From a virus, in IMG/VR virus record IMGVR_UViG_3300021438_000010, positions 34,622 to 98,621 of that record: a stretch of DNA of 64,000 nucleotides; one strand, 5' to 3'. The number at the start of each line of letters is the position of its first letter. Position 1 is the first letter of the stretch. Positions 20,366 through 30,661 of the stretch are shown here, one piece after another. Under the pieces are notes generated by a model. The model saw only the letters and a list, made by a program, of their open reading frames with translations, had not been told where the DNA came from and did no database searches. The position numbers and the translations under genes were made by a program.

Positions 20366-20737
20366 TTAGCGTAAAACGTCGGATGGTTTTATACATGGTT
20401 CCCCATCTTTAAGAGCTTTAGATGATCTGAACTTATTCTTTTGTCCGATATGAGTAATTATTTTAATTAAATATTCTTCTTGACCATCTGCTATCATGCC
20501 ATCTTTTACTATTCCCATAGTTTCAATAAATGATCCCTCTTCTGATAAAACATCTAATATATTACATAAGGCATCTATACATTTGTCGTTGTATTCTTCT
20601 ATTTCAACGTCTACTATAGGGGTTTTTGCTCCTTCGATCATACAGTAACTAAGCTTTACTATAGTTTTATTAGATTGACTTTGCTGCTGTTCATAAGTTT
20701 CATCTGAGTTTTTTTTAAAAAAATTAAATAACATCAA
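20366..20737 (-). CDS. hypothetical protein
   Basis: ORF in operon. Confidence 0.6.
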   Translation of the reverse strand: MMLFNFFKKNSDETYEQQQSQSNKTIVKLSYCMIEGAKTPIVDVEIEEYNDKCIDALCNILDVLSEEGSFIETMGIVKDGMIADGQEEYLIKIITHIGQKNKFRSSKALKDGEPCIKPSDVLR

Positions 20738-21791
20738 TTATTTTCCTTCCGGTATTTGACCAGCTAAATTGTTTGGCTGTTTTTACTCCTTCATCATTTT
20801 CATTTAACTTTTTGTTCATATTAAGATAATGTATATGCCTCATATGTCTGATGGCGTGTCCAATAGCATTATCATCTAATCTAGCCCAATTTCCTTGACC
20901 ATGAAACCATTTACCATCATATGCTGTTTCAGTGTCTTTGATTGGTATTAGCAATGAATTATTAGAATTACAAAACTCGGTGTGGGCAGAATAATCGGTT
21001 GCAATGACTTGCTTTCCGCAAGACATCATTTCTAATAGTTCTAAGTTCCATCCTTCTGCTCTTGCTGGAAATATGCCACAATGCATTTGTCGCATAATAT
21101 TATACACTTCCTGTTGAGTGCTTTGTCTTGGAATTATATGTATTTTAGATCCTAGCTTTGAATTTTTATATAAATTTATCCATTCTCTTTGTTCTTCTTC
21201 TGTGCAAAATGGGTTTTCGCACATCATAAAAAGTTCAACATTATCATCTTCATTGAACGCTGAGTTAAAGATATCAATTAATTTATCGTGGCCTTTGCGT
21301 ATTTCCCATTTACCGCAGTTAAAAAATCTAGTTGGGGTGTCAACTGGCATCTCGCAGGGTTGGAATATAGATGAATCAACTCCAAGTGGTATCACTTTTA
21401 CTTTGCTGCTAGATATTTTAATATTATTAAGAATTACTTTTTTAGCCCAGTTAGAACAAACAAAAATAATATCCAGAGATTGCAGCTGATGTTTTTCTAT
21501 ATCACTAAATTTATCTAATTCAAATATTGGAAATCCAATCCTTTTTCCTCTACCGGCAAATTGAGCCATATCATGTTGATGCCATATTTTTATACATGGA
21601 GCATTTGAATCAAAAAAGTGTGCATTTTGTATGCATTTTGATATTATATCTATATCTTCTTGGTTTGTAACCTGTGGATGACCAATCATAAATAAAGACA
21701 CATCATTATCTTTACTGAGGGTCTTAACTATGTTCAATCCTGTTATTCCATATCCCAACTGGTTTATGGGGCATGTTATATTAATGTTCAT
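20724..21791 (-). CDS. GT4 (GT-B) glycosyltransferase
   Basis: IPLGVD, RKGHD, EGWNLELLEMMSCG (E-X7-E). Confidence 0.88.
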   Translation of the reverse strand: MNINITCPINQLGYGITGLNIVKTLSKDNDVSLFMIGHPQVTNQEDIDIISKCIQNAHFFDSNAPCIKIWHQHDMAQFAGRGKRIGFPIFELDKFSDIEKHQLQSLDIIFVCSNWAKKVILNNIKISSSKVKVIPLGVDSSIFQPCEMPVDTPTRFFNCGKWEIRKGHDKLIDIFNSAFNEDDNVELFMMCENPFCTEEEQREWINLYKNSKLGSKIHIIPRQSTQQEVYNIMRQMHCGIFPARAEGWNLELLEMMSCGKQVIATDYSAHTEFCNSNNSLLIPIKDTETAYDGKWFHGQGNWARLDDNAIGHAIRHMRHIHYLNMNKKLNENDEGVKTAKQFSWSNTGRKIIDVI

Positions 21792-22348
21792 GTATTATAT
21801 CCTATATTGTTATATTTAAAAAAGAACCATCTTTTTAGTTTCTTAACATCTGCTTCTTTGTTAATTTCGTCAAGATAATTTAATATTTCACTCAAAGAAT
21901 TAAATATATGTTCGTGGGGTAACATAAAAAATAACCAATTTGGTGCATTCTTTTTCCCTTGTTCGCACCATACTAAAACAGGCTTTTTTTGCCTGTTGGC
22001 TGTTACTATTTCTTCGTATGTTCCACATGCGTGAATATCTAGATCAATATATGCAATTATAAAATCTGATACATCTACGCATCTTAAGTCTGCACTTCTT
22101 ATAATACCAAATTTATCTTTGATTTTGTCATATTGTTCAGTTTCTTTATAATAATCTATCCAGTGTCTTGTTTCTTCATCTTCTATTACGCCGTTTATTG
22201 GTTTACGACACGGATCAATAACAACAATTCCCATTTTTTGTAATATTCCAGTAATTCTTTGTCTCCAACCAATACCGCCATCTGGAACTCTATCCATAGC
22301 ACCAACCAAATAAGTTCTCATCCCAATAAGATTATTTATTGAATCCAT
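21788..22348 (-). CDS. nucleoside 2-deoxyribosyltransferase-like protein
   Basis: YLVGAM, DLRCVDVSD, GTYEEI...KKPV. Confidence 0.75.
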   Translation of the reverse strand: MDSINNLIGMRTYLVGAMDRVPDGGIGWRQRITGILQKMGIVVIDPCRKPINGVIEDEETRHWIDYYKETEQYDKIKDKFGIIRSADLRCVDVSDFIIAYIDLDIHACGTYEEIVTANRQKKPVLVWCEQGKKNAPNWLFFMLPHEHIFNSLSEILNYLDEINKEADVKKLKRWFFFKYNNIGYNT

Positions 22349-22739
22349 TATCTATACTCCACCAAACTTTGTGTATTCCAAGAGATTGTATTATTCTGTC
22401 GCATCGTTCACACGGTTGACTGCACCTTAGTTCTCCTCTTTTATTTAGTCTTATTATAACCATTTTTAAACTGCCATCTATATAATGTTTGCCCCATAAT
22501 CTTGATATCAAGTCTGTCTCAGCATGAAAATATGGATATTCTAAATCAGTATTAAAACGTTTTGCAAGCATTAATGCCTGAGTATGTGTTTTCTCTGGAT
22601 TGTTTTGACCTATGGCAAGAAGCTTATTTTTTTTATATCCAAATGCAAAATGAAAAAATTTGTTTTTAGTATTTCGTTCTTCTTTTGCTCTAGGAAGTAA
22701 ACTCATCGCTATGTCTAGAGATTGATCTAATATGTTCAT
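22332..22739 (-). CDS. cytidine-deaminase-superfamily zinc deaminase
   Basis: HAE and SQPCERC motifs. Confidence 0.75.
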   Translation of the reverse strand: MNILDQSLDIAMSLLPRAKEERNTKNKFFHFAFGYKKNKLLAIGQNNPEKTHTQALMLAKRFNTDLEYPYFHAETDLISRLWGKHYIDGSLKMVIIRLNKRGELRCSQPCERCDRIIQSLGIHKVWWSIDNGFNK

Positions 22740-23188
22740 GTAAAATCTATAGTATTAATAGTGACTAGTTTAATAAAATCTTGAATACTTGTTACATTGT
22801 GCCTATCAAAAACATGCTTTGTTTGATTTTTGGCTTCTGTCTTTTTATATCCAAGTGCTATAAGCGAATTTATACAATCATTATAAAGTTGCTCATCACG
22901 TTTAGGGGGAGAAGGTGGCAAAGTAGTTGTGGTTGTACTTGTAGTTGCTTCTACCTCTACAATAACTGGCTTAGTTTTCTTTTGTGGTTTTTTATTTTGA
23001 GTTATAGCTTTTGATCTTATTGGTTTTGGCTTTTCGATATATTTGTAATCTTCTATGTATCCAATTACAAATTTGTCACAATCGAAAGTTTGGCAATCTA
23101 AATAAGCTTTATATGAATAAATGATAACAGCGATTATAAAAATAAAGGCAAAGATGTTACCAATCATTGGATCTGGTTGTGGATTCAT
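22736..23188 (-). CDS. membrane protein with RuvA C-terminal-like domain
   Basis: N-terminal TM, T/P-rich linker, DCINSLIALGYKKTEA. Confidence 0.55.
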   Translation of the reverse strand: MNPQPDPMIGNIFAFIFIIAVIIYSYKAYLDCQTFDCDKFVIGYIEDYKYIEKPKPIRSKAITQNKKPQKKTKPVIVEVEATTSTTTTTLPPSPPKRDEQLYNDCINSLIALGYKKTEAKNQTKHVFDRHNVTSIQDFIKLVTINTIDFT

Positions 23189-23206
23189 AGCATTTCTCCT
23201 AGCCCG

Positions 23207-23234
23207 ATTATACCTTAACCATCGTCATAGTCAA
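23207..23234 (-). promoter_or_regulatory. sigma70-like promoter
   Basis: TTGACT-16-TATAAT. Confidence 0.7.
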
Positions 23235-23245
23235 GAGGAGAATTT

Positions 23246-23284
23246 AAAAAAAATGGCCCGAAGCACAAGGCAACGGGCCATTTA
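23246..23284. terminator. bidirectional-type intrinsic terminator after ssb
   Basis: AAAATGGCCCG...CGGGCCATTTT. Confidence 0.75.
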
Positions 23285-23306
23285 CTAGACAGATTGACTA
23301 TCCAAT

Positions 23307-23639
23307 TCACTCTTTAGAATCTTGCCCTACAATTCCAGACGGGCCTAAAGAAATTTCATCTGCCATTACGCATATAGAATTCTTTTGATTCCCATCCTTA
23401 TCTTGATAATCATCAATTTTTAACTTTCCTTGAACGCCAACCAATCTGCCCTTTTTTAAGTGATCCTTTAATGCTTCAGCCATCTTTCCAAAGCAAAGGA
23501 TATTTAAAAATAGAGTATCTTCATTACGACGATCATTAACTGCCATACGGAACTTTGCCATAGCAGTACCCTTTTGAGTAGTACTTAGTTCTGCATCTTT
23601 TGTTAATCGTCCACAACCAAGCCACGTATTAATATTCAT
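23307..23639 (-). CDS. ssb: single-stranded DNA-binding protein
   Basis: GRLTKDAEL, FGKMAE..LKKG.LVGVQGKL. Confidence 0.92.
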   Translation of the reverse strand: MNINTWLGCGRLTKDAELSTTQKGTAMAKFRMAVNDRRNEDTLFLNILCFGKMAEALKDHLKKGRLVGVQGKLKIDDYQDKDGNQKNSICVMADEISLGPSGIVGQDSKE

Positions 23640-23643
23640 GCTA

Positions 23644-23961
23644 TCATACCTCCAGTGCTGAACGGATTCTTCCTCTTACTACCTGTGTATTGCCACGGTT
23701 ATATGTGCCTAGGGTGGCACTATATACATTTCTAGCAATTGATCGTGGAATACCTAAAAGCCTAGCAGCAAATTCTGTATCTTCACGATTATTATTAAAA
23801 AAACCAAATCCAGACTTATGAGCAAGTGCTGTAATTGGATTCAAGGTAAAACCTTTGTAATAGCCACTCTGAATTGTGGCAGTTACACGGTTCTTATTAA
23901 TATCCCAGTGATATGCATCAGCTAGGTTGGATAGTCTATTAAAAAGTTCACTATAATTCAT
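23644..23961 (-). CDS. hypothetical protein
   Basis: Start at MNYSEL after AAGGAG RBS. Confidence 0.6.
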   Translation of the reverse strand: MNYSELFNRLSNLADAYHWDINKNRVTATIQSGYYKGFTLNPITALAHKSGFGFFNNNREDTEFAARLLGIPRSIARNVYSATLGTYNRGNTQVVRGRIRSALEV

Positions 23962-23962
23962 A

Positions 23963-24142
23963 TCAATCTCCTTCTTCGTTACTACTTGATTCTTCGAAAA
24001 CTTGAATATCTTTAACACCACTTTGCACATAAGCTTTTAACTGCTCAATTTCTTTTTGAATTAATGCTTGTTGTTTTGTTAACTCTTCAATCCTTTGAGC
24101 AACATTTTGCAAATGTGCTTTTGCCATATCAATAACTGTCAT
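23963..24142 (-). CDS. 59-aa coiled-coil protein (not in ORF track)
   Basis: MTVIDMAKAHLQNVAQRIEELTKQ... with AAGGAG RBS. Confidence 0.65.
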   Translation of the reverse strand: MTVIDMAKAHLQNVAQRIEELTKQQALIQKEIEQLKAYVQSGVKDIQVFEESSSNEEGD

Positions 24143-24196
24143 ATTTTTCTCCTTTTTTGTTTACCTTGTTATACTCTGTTGTAACATTAAAAACAC

Positions 24197-24406
24197 TTAT
24201 GGTTTTTGTTCGTATGTCATATAATCTAATACTTGAGTATGGGTCCATCCCAATTGATAGTTGTCATCAGTAGCAATTCTAGCAATATCAATATATTCCA
24301 TTTCTAATCTAACTATTAATTCTGCTAAAAATTCAAGCTTATTTGAATAAACGCATTCTTCTATTAAGTCTAGGGTTTCTTTTACCGTTCTCTTATTTTT
24401 ACTCAT
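24197..24406 (-). CDS. hypothetical protein
   Basis: ATGA overlap with the dCMP deaminase gene. Confidence 0.55.
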   Translation of the reverse strand: MSKNKRTVKETLDLIEECVYSNKLEFLAELIVRLEMEYIDIARIATDDNYQLGWTHTQVLDYMTYEQKP

Positions 24407-24840
24407 TTGGGATAATACTCTATTAATTCTGTTTTTGCTTGCTCAAAAAGCCAACGAGATAATATAAAATTTTTTTCCCACCTATCTATTGAATTTTTGT
24501 ATGATACCACTCTAGTAATTCCAGATTGTATTATCATACTAGCACATCTTGGGCATGGGATAAAAGGGTAAGTATATAAAGTACAACCTATAAGAGATTT
24601 GTTTGCAAATAATATAGCATTCATTTCTCCATGTACTATAATATTATACTTAGTTTCTCTATTATTTAGCATCTCTGTACAATCATGAATATTTTTTGGA
24701 AACCCATTGTAACCAACGGATATTATCCTATTATCACGATCTGTTATTACGGCACCAACTTTAGTAGATGGATCTTTAGACCAGCTAGAAATGAATTCCG
24801 CCAAGTCAAGAAATCTATAATCCCATTTTAGCAAATTCAT
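24403..24840 (-). CDS. dCMP deaminase
   Basis: SKDPSTKVGA, GYNG, HGEMNA, PCPRC. Confidence 0.92.
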   Translation of the reverse strand: MNLLKWDYRFLDLAEFISSWSKDPSTKVGAVITDRDNRIISVGYNGFPKNIHDCTEMLNNRETKYNIIVHGEMNAILFANKSLIGCTLYTYPFIPCPRCASMIIQSGITRVVSYKNSIDRWEKNFILSRWLFEQAKTELIEYYPK

Positions 24841-24843
24841 AAA

Positions 24844-25413
24844 TTAATAATTAGATTTTAATTGAAAGACATAATCTTCGCCAATTGGCTGTACTTGTGG
24901 ATTCCATACATTTTCTATAAGTTCATAATTGTTATCGTTCATCCATTCTATGATTTCATCAAAATGTGGATTTTTGTATTCAACCCCAAAGCTATACATT
25001 TCTACAGAGATTTGTTTTGGTCTACTTATAAGATTTTTAATAATATCAAATTCGCTTCCCTCTGTATCTAATAGTAAAACATCTATATCTCCATTATCAA
25101 TTTCCTTGATAGACTTCATATTTATAGATGCTTTTCTCAACTCAGATTCTGCTTCTGGCTGAATTCCTTTTTGTGGGGATGCAATTCCTTCTAAGAATGA
25201 AGATGGTCCAGCTAAAAAAAGATTGCATATTTTATTTTCTGATCCAACAGCATAATTAAATAATTTAAAATTAGGAAAATAAGACAGGCTAGATTTCAAT
25301 TCCTCAAAACATATTGGATTAGGTTCAAATAAATAGCATTCAATATCTGTATTAACAAATTGCTTTGTTCTACAGTGATATAAATGACCAACGCCTATTT
25401 CAAATATTTTCAT
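24844..25413 (-). CDS. FkbM-family methyltransferase
   Basis: FEPNP, NYAVG, LLLDTEGSE. Confidence 0.8.
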   Translation of the reverse strand: MKIFEIGVGHLYHCRTKQFVNTDIECYLFEPNPICFEELKSSLSYFPNFKLFNYAVGSENKICNLFLAGPSSFLEGIASPQKGIQPEAESELRKASINMKSIKEIDNGDIDVLLLDTEGSEFDIIKNLISRPKQISVEMYSFGVEYKNPHFDEIIEWMNDNNYELIENVWNPQVQPIGEDYVFQLKSNY

Positions 25414-25422
25414 TTTATTCCT

Positions 25423-26466
25423 CTATGTAGTTTTATCAAAATGAACTCTGTTTACTCTAATGAATTCTGCACACTTTGGCAAATCTTTTAAACTATCAGA
25501 ACCGACATAAGCACACGCACTCCTTATACCACCTAGTATATCATCAACAATATTTAATACATTACCTTTATAGTCAACTATTTTAATACGACCTTCACTA
25601 GCCCTGTAGTTTTTGACTCCACCATATTTTTCTTGTGCTGCATGAGAACTCATTCCGTAGAACGTCAGAACTCGTTTGTCTCCAATGTAAGACCATTCAC
25701 CATCGCACTGTTCTGATCCAGCTATCATTCCTCCAAGCATAACAAAATCTGCACCGGCAGCAAATGCCTTGACAACATCTGCTGGCGTTCTACATCCACC
25801 ATCAGCACAAATCAATCCTAGATGTTTGTTTTTAGCTTTTAGTCCATGAGCGGCATGAGAACATTCGTCAATCGCAGATAACTGTGGATATCCTATGCCA
25901 GTTTTTAATCTAGTTGTACATGCTGACCCCGGCCCAATACCAACCTTAACGATATCTACTCCACCGTGCAAAATCAACTCATGCACCATTTCTGGAGTAC
26001 ATACATTTCCAGCCATTATGATAGGTCTTGTGCCAAACTTATTTCTTATTTTAGCACAATGCTCTACAAATTGATCTGTATACCCATTGGCAACATCAAT
26101 ACATATGTTGGGTATGTCTTCTATCCTGTCAACTATTTTTCTTAGTTTATCAATCTCATGATCACTAATTCCCATACTATACCAAAATGTATTTAGGTTT
26201 TGAATATTTTCAACATAATCTTCTACTTCGTAGTGCTTGTGTAGGCATGTGATACAATTTCTCTCTGATAAAGATTCCGCCATCTTAAATGTGCCGGTAG
26301 TATCCATATTTGCTGCCATTATAGGAACTCCACTCCACTCCATTGAAGAGTGAAAGAATTTAAATGTTCTATTGACATCAACCAAGGACCGTGAAGCGGC
26401 TCGGGATCGCTGTGGAACGAGTAAGACATCATCAAAATCCAGTTTTTCATCGCTACGAATATTCAT
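25423..26466 (-). CDS. guaC: GMP reductase
   Basis: KLDFDDVLL, AANMDTTG, DVANGY, KVGIGPGSACTTR, FYGMSS, YRASEG; start at MNIRS. Confidence 0.93.
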   Translation of the reverse strand: MNIRSDEKLDFDDVLLVPQRSRAASRSLVDVNRTFKFFHSSMEWSGVPIMAANMDTTGTFKMAESLSERNCITCLHKHYEVEDYVENIQNLNTFWYSMGISDHEIDKLRKIVDRIEDIPNICIDVANGYTDQFVEHCAKIRNKFGTRPIIMAGNVCTPEMVHELILHGGVDIVKVGIGPGSACTTRLKTGIGYPQLSAIDECSHAAHGLKAKNKHLGLICADGGCRTPADVVKAFAAGADFVMLGGMIAGSEQCDGEWSYIGDKRVLTFYGMSSHAAQEKYGGVKNYRASEGRIKIVDYKGNVLNIVDDILGGIRSACAYVGSDSLKDLPKCAEFIRVNRVHFDKTT

Positions 26467-26490
26467 TTTTGCCCCTATTTTATTTATACA

Positions 26491-26530
26491 TAAAAACAAA
26501 CCGGAAGGGAATTGCTTCCCCTCCGGTCTG
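26491..26530 (-). terminator. intrinsic terminator after rIIB
   Basis: ACCGGA(A)GGGAA...TTCCCTCCGGT stem plus U-tract on the minus strand. Confidence 0.7.
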
Positions 26531-26542
26531 CCCACAACACAC

Positions 26543-27409
26543 TCAAACACTAACTGTTTGGAGTCTCTTTGAAAGAACCTTATTAAGTCTTTCCATTTTT
26601 GCTGTAACTTCAACAACCCACTCGCGGTTACGCTTCTTACGATTGAAGTGATTAACATCGTCACTGGTGAGATGAACGACCTTATCAAAAATTGTATTAA
26701 ATTCAGATACAACTTCATATCGACAAGTGCGAAGCTTTTGAAACTTATGATCAGATGGAACGCTAACAACATCGCGTGGATTAACCTTGCAAATCATTAG
26801 ACGGTTTCCACCATCATTGTCGCTATCAAAATCAATTCCACCATAACTCTTAGCATAGTCAATAGCACCAACATGTAGACCCTTGCCGCAACCATTATCA
26901 CGATTATTATCTACTGTATTGCGAGGAACTTGGCAAATAGAACCAACCTTGTTGTCAAAATTACCAGAGTAAATATCCTTATAATCTTCACGAACAGCCT
27001 TGTATGCCAAGAAACATCCATCACCAGTAATTGGCATATTCTTGTTTTCCATAAAATCAAACAGTTCAATTACTGCATGGTCGGATGGATTTTGACTAAG
27101 ATTATCAAGGAAGTTAAGCATAGGCTCAAAGGGAAATCCCTGCTTAATCATATCAAGGATAGTACCAGTAAACATATCTGGCATCTTAATCCCATCCCAT
27201 GTGAGCGATCCATCATTACAGTTAACATATCCTTCACAGAATGCGTTAACATGAGAAATGATATCGTAACATGCTTCAAAATACTCGACGTTATTATTCT
27301 TAAGGTGAGTAATAAGCTTATCATAATTTGGATGTGACTTATTAAATGTATAAGTCTGCTCACCCACAATCGCCGTTACTCCACCATCATTAGCAATAAT
27401 GTACTTCAT
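26543..27409 (-). CDS. rIIB: rIIB-like protein
   Basis: ITGDGCFLAYK, CGKGLH, KVNPRDVVSVP..D..KLRTCRYEV. Confidence 0.85.
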   Translation of the reverse strand: MKYIIANDGGVTAIVGEQTYTFNKSHPNYDKLITHLKNNNVEYFEACYDIISHVNAFCEGYVNCNDGSLTWDGIKMPDMFTGTILDMIKQGFPFEPMLNFLDNLSQNPSDHAVIELFDFMENKNMPITGDGCFLAYKAVREDYKDIYSGNFDNKVGSICQVPRNTVDNNRDNGCGKGLHVGAIDYAKSYGGIDFDSDNDGGNRLMICKVNPRDVVSVPSDHKFQKLRTCRYEVVSEFNTIFDKVVHLTSDDVNHFNRKKRNREWVVEVTAKMERLNKVLSKRLQTVSV

Positions 27410-27436
27410 TGTTATCTCCTTTATCTTATTATATCT

Positions 27437-29554
27437 TTACATGAGGTTAAGAACATTCTGAGCGTGGAGTCCACGTTCAACAGAATCAATATAATCTGCA
27501 ACAACTTTCCTATCAGTCTCGCTCCAAACGTGACCAAGAAGCCTGAGAACAGGATACTTGTTCATTTCAGAATCAAACTGCTTGCTGAAACGATGGTCAG
27601 GCTTGTTTTCGCTAAGATCAACACTATCAACTCCGGGGAAAATCTTAGAGAATTCATGAATGATTCTCATATCATTAGACATAGCTTCAATCTTGGATGA
27701 ATATTCCTTATGTTCAAAGTAAACCTTCTTAGCAAGATTATCAGTCTGAGTCATCTTGAGGGTATCAATCCACTTAATGTTATGAAGAGATAGTGGGACA
27801 GATCGGAAAACATCTTTGATATTATCCTTGTTAGCTTCCACCGCAGTGTTAAATACTTTGGTAAGAATAGTCTCTCCACCGAACCAGTTATCACGCTCAT
27901 CAAGCTTCCTATTCTTAATGACAGAAGGCTTAACAAGATAAAAGGTAGCATCACCAATCATTTCTGGATACTTCTCATATGCAAAGGCGATAGCATTAGA
28001 AAGATAACTTTCATCAACAGACCTATATCCGATGCTAACGTCACCCTTTGATTCTGAGAAATAGTGTGCATTTTCGTATTTGACACTCATGTTGCAAATT
28101 TCAAACTTACCAGTTTCCACATTGAATACCTTGGCTTGAATAGCAGGACCACCACCAACGCCACTAGAGGTACGATTATACTCAACTTTATCAAGCATAG
28201 AAGTTGGGATAATGTCACTGACTGTGGCATCACCCATTATACTGAGCAAACGGCAGTTGTCAAGAGTCTCACCATCGCGGAGCTTATAGATGTAATGAAC
28301 TTGATGACCACTCTGATCTTTCATATACTGACGAATACGACTAATGCCACCACGCGGAAGATTATCTACAAAGAATTTGGTATTCTCTTGAAAAACCATA
28401 CGCTCTACGCTCTGCTTAACGTCAACCTTTGAACGGTAGGCAGACTTTTCGGCAGAGTTGATTTCGATCAAATTCTTGACATTGATATATTCGCCAGCAA
28501 CGCTATCAAAGATCTTGTGATCATTCCAAGAGATAGACTTCTGGAGCGATTCAACTGCGGATCGAATAGACGAACACTGATTGCTAATCTGCACATACTT
28601 CATACGAGCCTTGAACAGCGACGGTTGATTAGCGATCTGCTCTTCAATCTTAGCGGCAATATCATCAGCGATTTGATTAACAATGCCAATGATGTTCTTG
28701 CGAGTATCCTTGCTATAAGAAAGAGATTCTCGACTAGGAGTAACATCAACATCGCCAATATTGACGAAAATACGCAGACCGCTGGAGTATTCAATAAACT
28801 TATGCTCCTTGTCAACATACTGACACAACTGATTTGCAGTCAGAGGATATGCAATCTGACCCATAACGATCAAATTCTCATCAGCATCAGCATCATAATA
28901 CCAGTTATCTCCAGCAAGAACTTTATTAACCTTCTTAAAAGAAATAGATTGACCGATAAAGTTAGGCTTCGTATTAAAAAATTCGTAGACCTTAACCGCT
29001 TCGTGATAGAAACGATGAATATCATACTCGTTAACGTTAATAGAAACCTTAATACCATTAGCTTCGTTGGTATCAAAAGTATCCATCAAGGAGAAAACAG
29101 GACTGCCATTCTCATCTTTGAAAGCATTATAAACACGACGCTTGCCATCAAGAAATGCTTCAACAGTAAAACTATCCGCATAAGCAAACGGGGCTTTGCT
29201 ACCGAGGCCAAGACAACCAACAGCATCATTGCTATTGTTTCGGGTACTACGAAAATACGTAGTATAAAGCTGCATACAATCTTCGTGATTCATACTAGTG
29301 CCATAATCACGAATAAAAAAGGTAGGCTCAAGCCGAGTAGGAATATGTACATCAAATGGTACATTCTTTTTGCCAGCCTCTACGTGGGAATCGTAAGCAT
29401 TAGTAGAAAGCTCACGAACAACTGCAAGAATCTTATTGGAATAAAGACCGTCAGAAAGAATAAAGAAAGCCTTGGAAGAAGCCTCAATGCTAAACTTGGA
29501 CTCTTCAAATTGACCAGACTTCTCAATAGTGTGCGTACCGGCGTGAAGTTTCAT
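27437..29554 (-). CDS. rIIA: rIIA-like protein (N-terminal GHKL ATPase)
   Basis: LYSNKILAVVRELSTNAYDSH, IRDYG, GCLGLGSK, TPSRESL; start at MKLHAG. Confidence 0.88.
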   Translation of the reverse strand: MKLHAGTHTIEKSGQFEESKFSIEASSKAFFILSDGLYSNKILAVVRELSTNAYDSHVEAGKKNVPFDVHIPTRLEPTFFIRDYGTSMNHEDCMQLYTTYFRSTRNNSNDAVGCLGLGSKAPFAYADSFTVEAFLDGKRRVYNAFKDENGSPVFSLMDTFDTNEANGIKVSINVNEYDIHRFYHEAVKVYEFFNTKPNFIGQSISFKKVNKVLAGDNWYYDADADENLIVMGQIAYPLTANQLCQYVDKEHKFIEYSSGLRIFVNIGDVDVTPSRESLSYSKDTRKNIIGIVNQIADDIAAKIEEQIANQPSLFKARMKYVQISNQCSSIRSAVESLQKSISWNDHKIFDSVAGEYINVKNLIEINSAEKSAYRSKVDVKQSVERMVFQENTKFFVDNLPRGGISRIRQYMKDQSGHQVHYIYKLRDGETLDNCRLLSIMGDATVSDIIPTSMLDKVEYNRTSSGVGGGPAIQAKVFNVETGKFEICNMSVKYENAHYFSESKGDVSIGYRSVDESYLSNAIAFAYEKYPEMIGDATFYLVKPSVIKNRKLDERDNWFGGETILTKVFNTAVEANKDNIKDVFRSVPLSLHNIKWIDTLKMTQTDNLAKKVYFEHKEYSSKIEAMSNDMRIIHEFSKIFPGVDSVDLSENKPDHRFSKQFDSEMNKYPVLRLLGHVWSETDRKVVADYIDSVERGLHAQNVLNLM

Positions 29555-29600
29555 AATTGCTAATCTCCTAAAAAAGTGCTTAAGTGCTGTGTGTGCTTTG

Positions 29601-29628
29601 AGTATACCAGAGTTATCGGCACTGTCAA
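29601..29628 (-). promoter_or_regulatory. sigma70-like early promoter of rIIA
   Basis: TTGACA-16-TATACT with GCCGATA in the spacer. Confidence 0.8.
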
Positions 29629-29648
29629 GCGTCGGTCTTAATTTTTTT

Positions 29649-29951
29649 TTAACGGTTGTGTTCAACGCAGAAAGATATTGGTTCTAATGCAAAGTCAACT
29701 AAATAACCATCGGTATATTCTGCCCATTCATCAATAAAGGATACAATCGTATCTATATCCTCAGTGCAATATCTATAGCAATCATAATCATTTATAGAAT
29801 CATTCCACAATATAATAGAGTCATTCGTGACTTCTATGTTTTTGATATCTTCATTGAAGTGATGTGCGGCTAATAATTGTAGTGGTGAGTATTTAGTGTT
29901 TTTCATCGCACGTACAATATCACTCTCTTTCATTACTAATTGAATTTTCAT
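29649..29951 (-). CDS. hypothetical protein
   Basis: ATG overlaps the TGA of the orphan thyX 3' end. Confidence 0.65.
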   Translation of the reverse strand: MKIQLVMKESDIVRAMKNTKYSPLQLLAAHHFNEDIKNIEVTNDSIILWNDSINDYDCYRYCTEDIDTIVSFIDEWAEYTDGYLVDFALEPISFCVEHNR

Positions 29952-30043
29952 TTCCAGCCTAAAGCCTCACTAATTGTAGGAAACTGTTCTGTAAAAATTT
30001 GTTTACATTCATTCGCTATGTCCATATGTTCTTTTTGGGTTCC
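29948..30043 (-). pseudogene. thyX: orphaned duplicate 3' end of thyX
   Basis: Translates [31 protein letters not shown], matching the ThyX C-terminus [29 protein letters not shown]. Confidence 0.9.
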
Positions 30044-30620
30044 AATGTTTATCAAAAATTTTTTTAACTAAGTTTAGAAAATCTGTATGAGATAAAGTTC
30101 TTTTAGCATTGTTACAATCAAAACAACAAGGAACAACATTATCATTTAAATAACCCTTAGAGTTATCTATTCTATCTATGCCTGTAAACACATAATCTCC
30201 ACTAGTTTTCCCTTGCCCTTTAATAATTTTATGCGGTTCTCTATCACAATAATAACATTTTGATTTTGTTAAATCTCTAAACTGTTTTTTTGTTAAGTTG
30301 AATTTCAACTTTCTTCTTTTTGCCGATATTTTGTATTGTATTAATAGATTATTAAATGCTGCTTCCCCTTCTTTTAATTGCCAAGGTATATTTTTTGGGC
30401 CTCGTTGCTGCCATAGTTCTGGTTTTTCTTTAAGACATCCACAACTTTTTGTTCGATCTCTTTTTATTATATTATTTCTCATCCATTTTATATTATCACA
30501 TAAATTGCAATGAACTTTAGACCAACCCCTTTTTGTTCCATTTTCATTCTCTGTTTTAGAATCTAGTATCTGTAGATTGTTTATAGTTTCTCCAATTTGT
30601 AATGATTTTTGTCTACCCAT
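30009..30620 (-). CDS. HNH-type homing endonuclease
   Basis: TKSCGC; CYYC...[24 protein letters not shown]. Confidence 0.85.
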   Translation of the reverse strand: MGRQKSLQIGETINNLQILDSKTENENGTKRGWSKVHCNLCDNIKWMRNNIIKRDRTKSCGCLKEKPELWQQRGPKNIPWQLKEGEAAFNNLLIQYKISAKRRKLKFNLTKKQFRDLTKSKCYYCDREPHKIIKGQGKTSGDYVFTGIDRIDNSKGYLNDNVVPCCFDCNNAKRTLSHTDFLNLVKKIFDKHWNPKRTYGHSE

Positions 30621-30661
30621 AATAGTGTCTCCTAGTATATATTACTGATTTCTATACATAG

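Noticed and set aside
26467-26772. N-terminal extension of GuaC in the ORF track
   Set aside because: Overlaps rIIB and a terminator; the enzyme motif begins at MNIRSDEKLDFDD
28517-29563. 348-aa plus-strand ORF
   Set aside because: Antisense shadow of rIIA caused by codon bias; no RBS or motifs
30009-30661. Group I intron interrupting thyX
   Set aside because: thyX is complete with its own stop codon and no intron core motifs flank the HNH; better explained as 3'-end replacement
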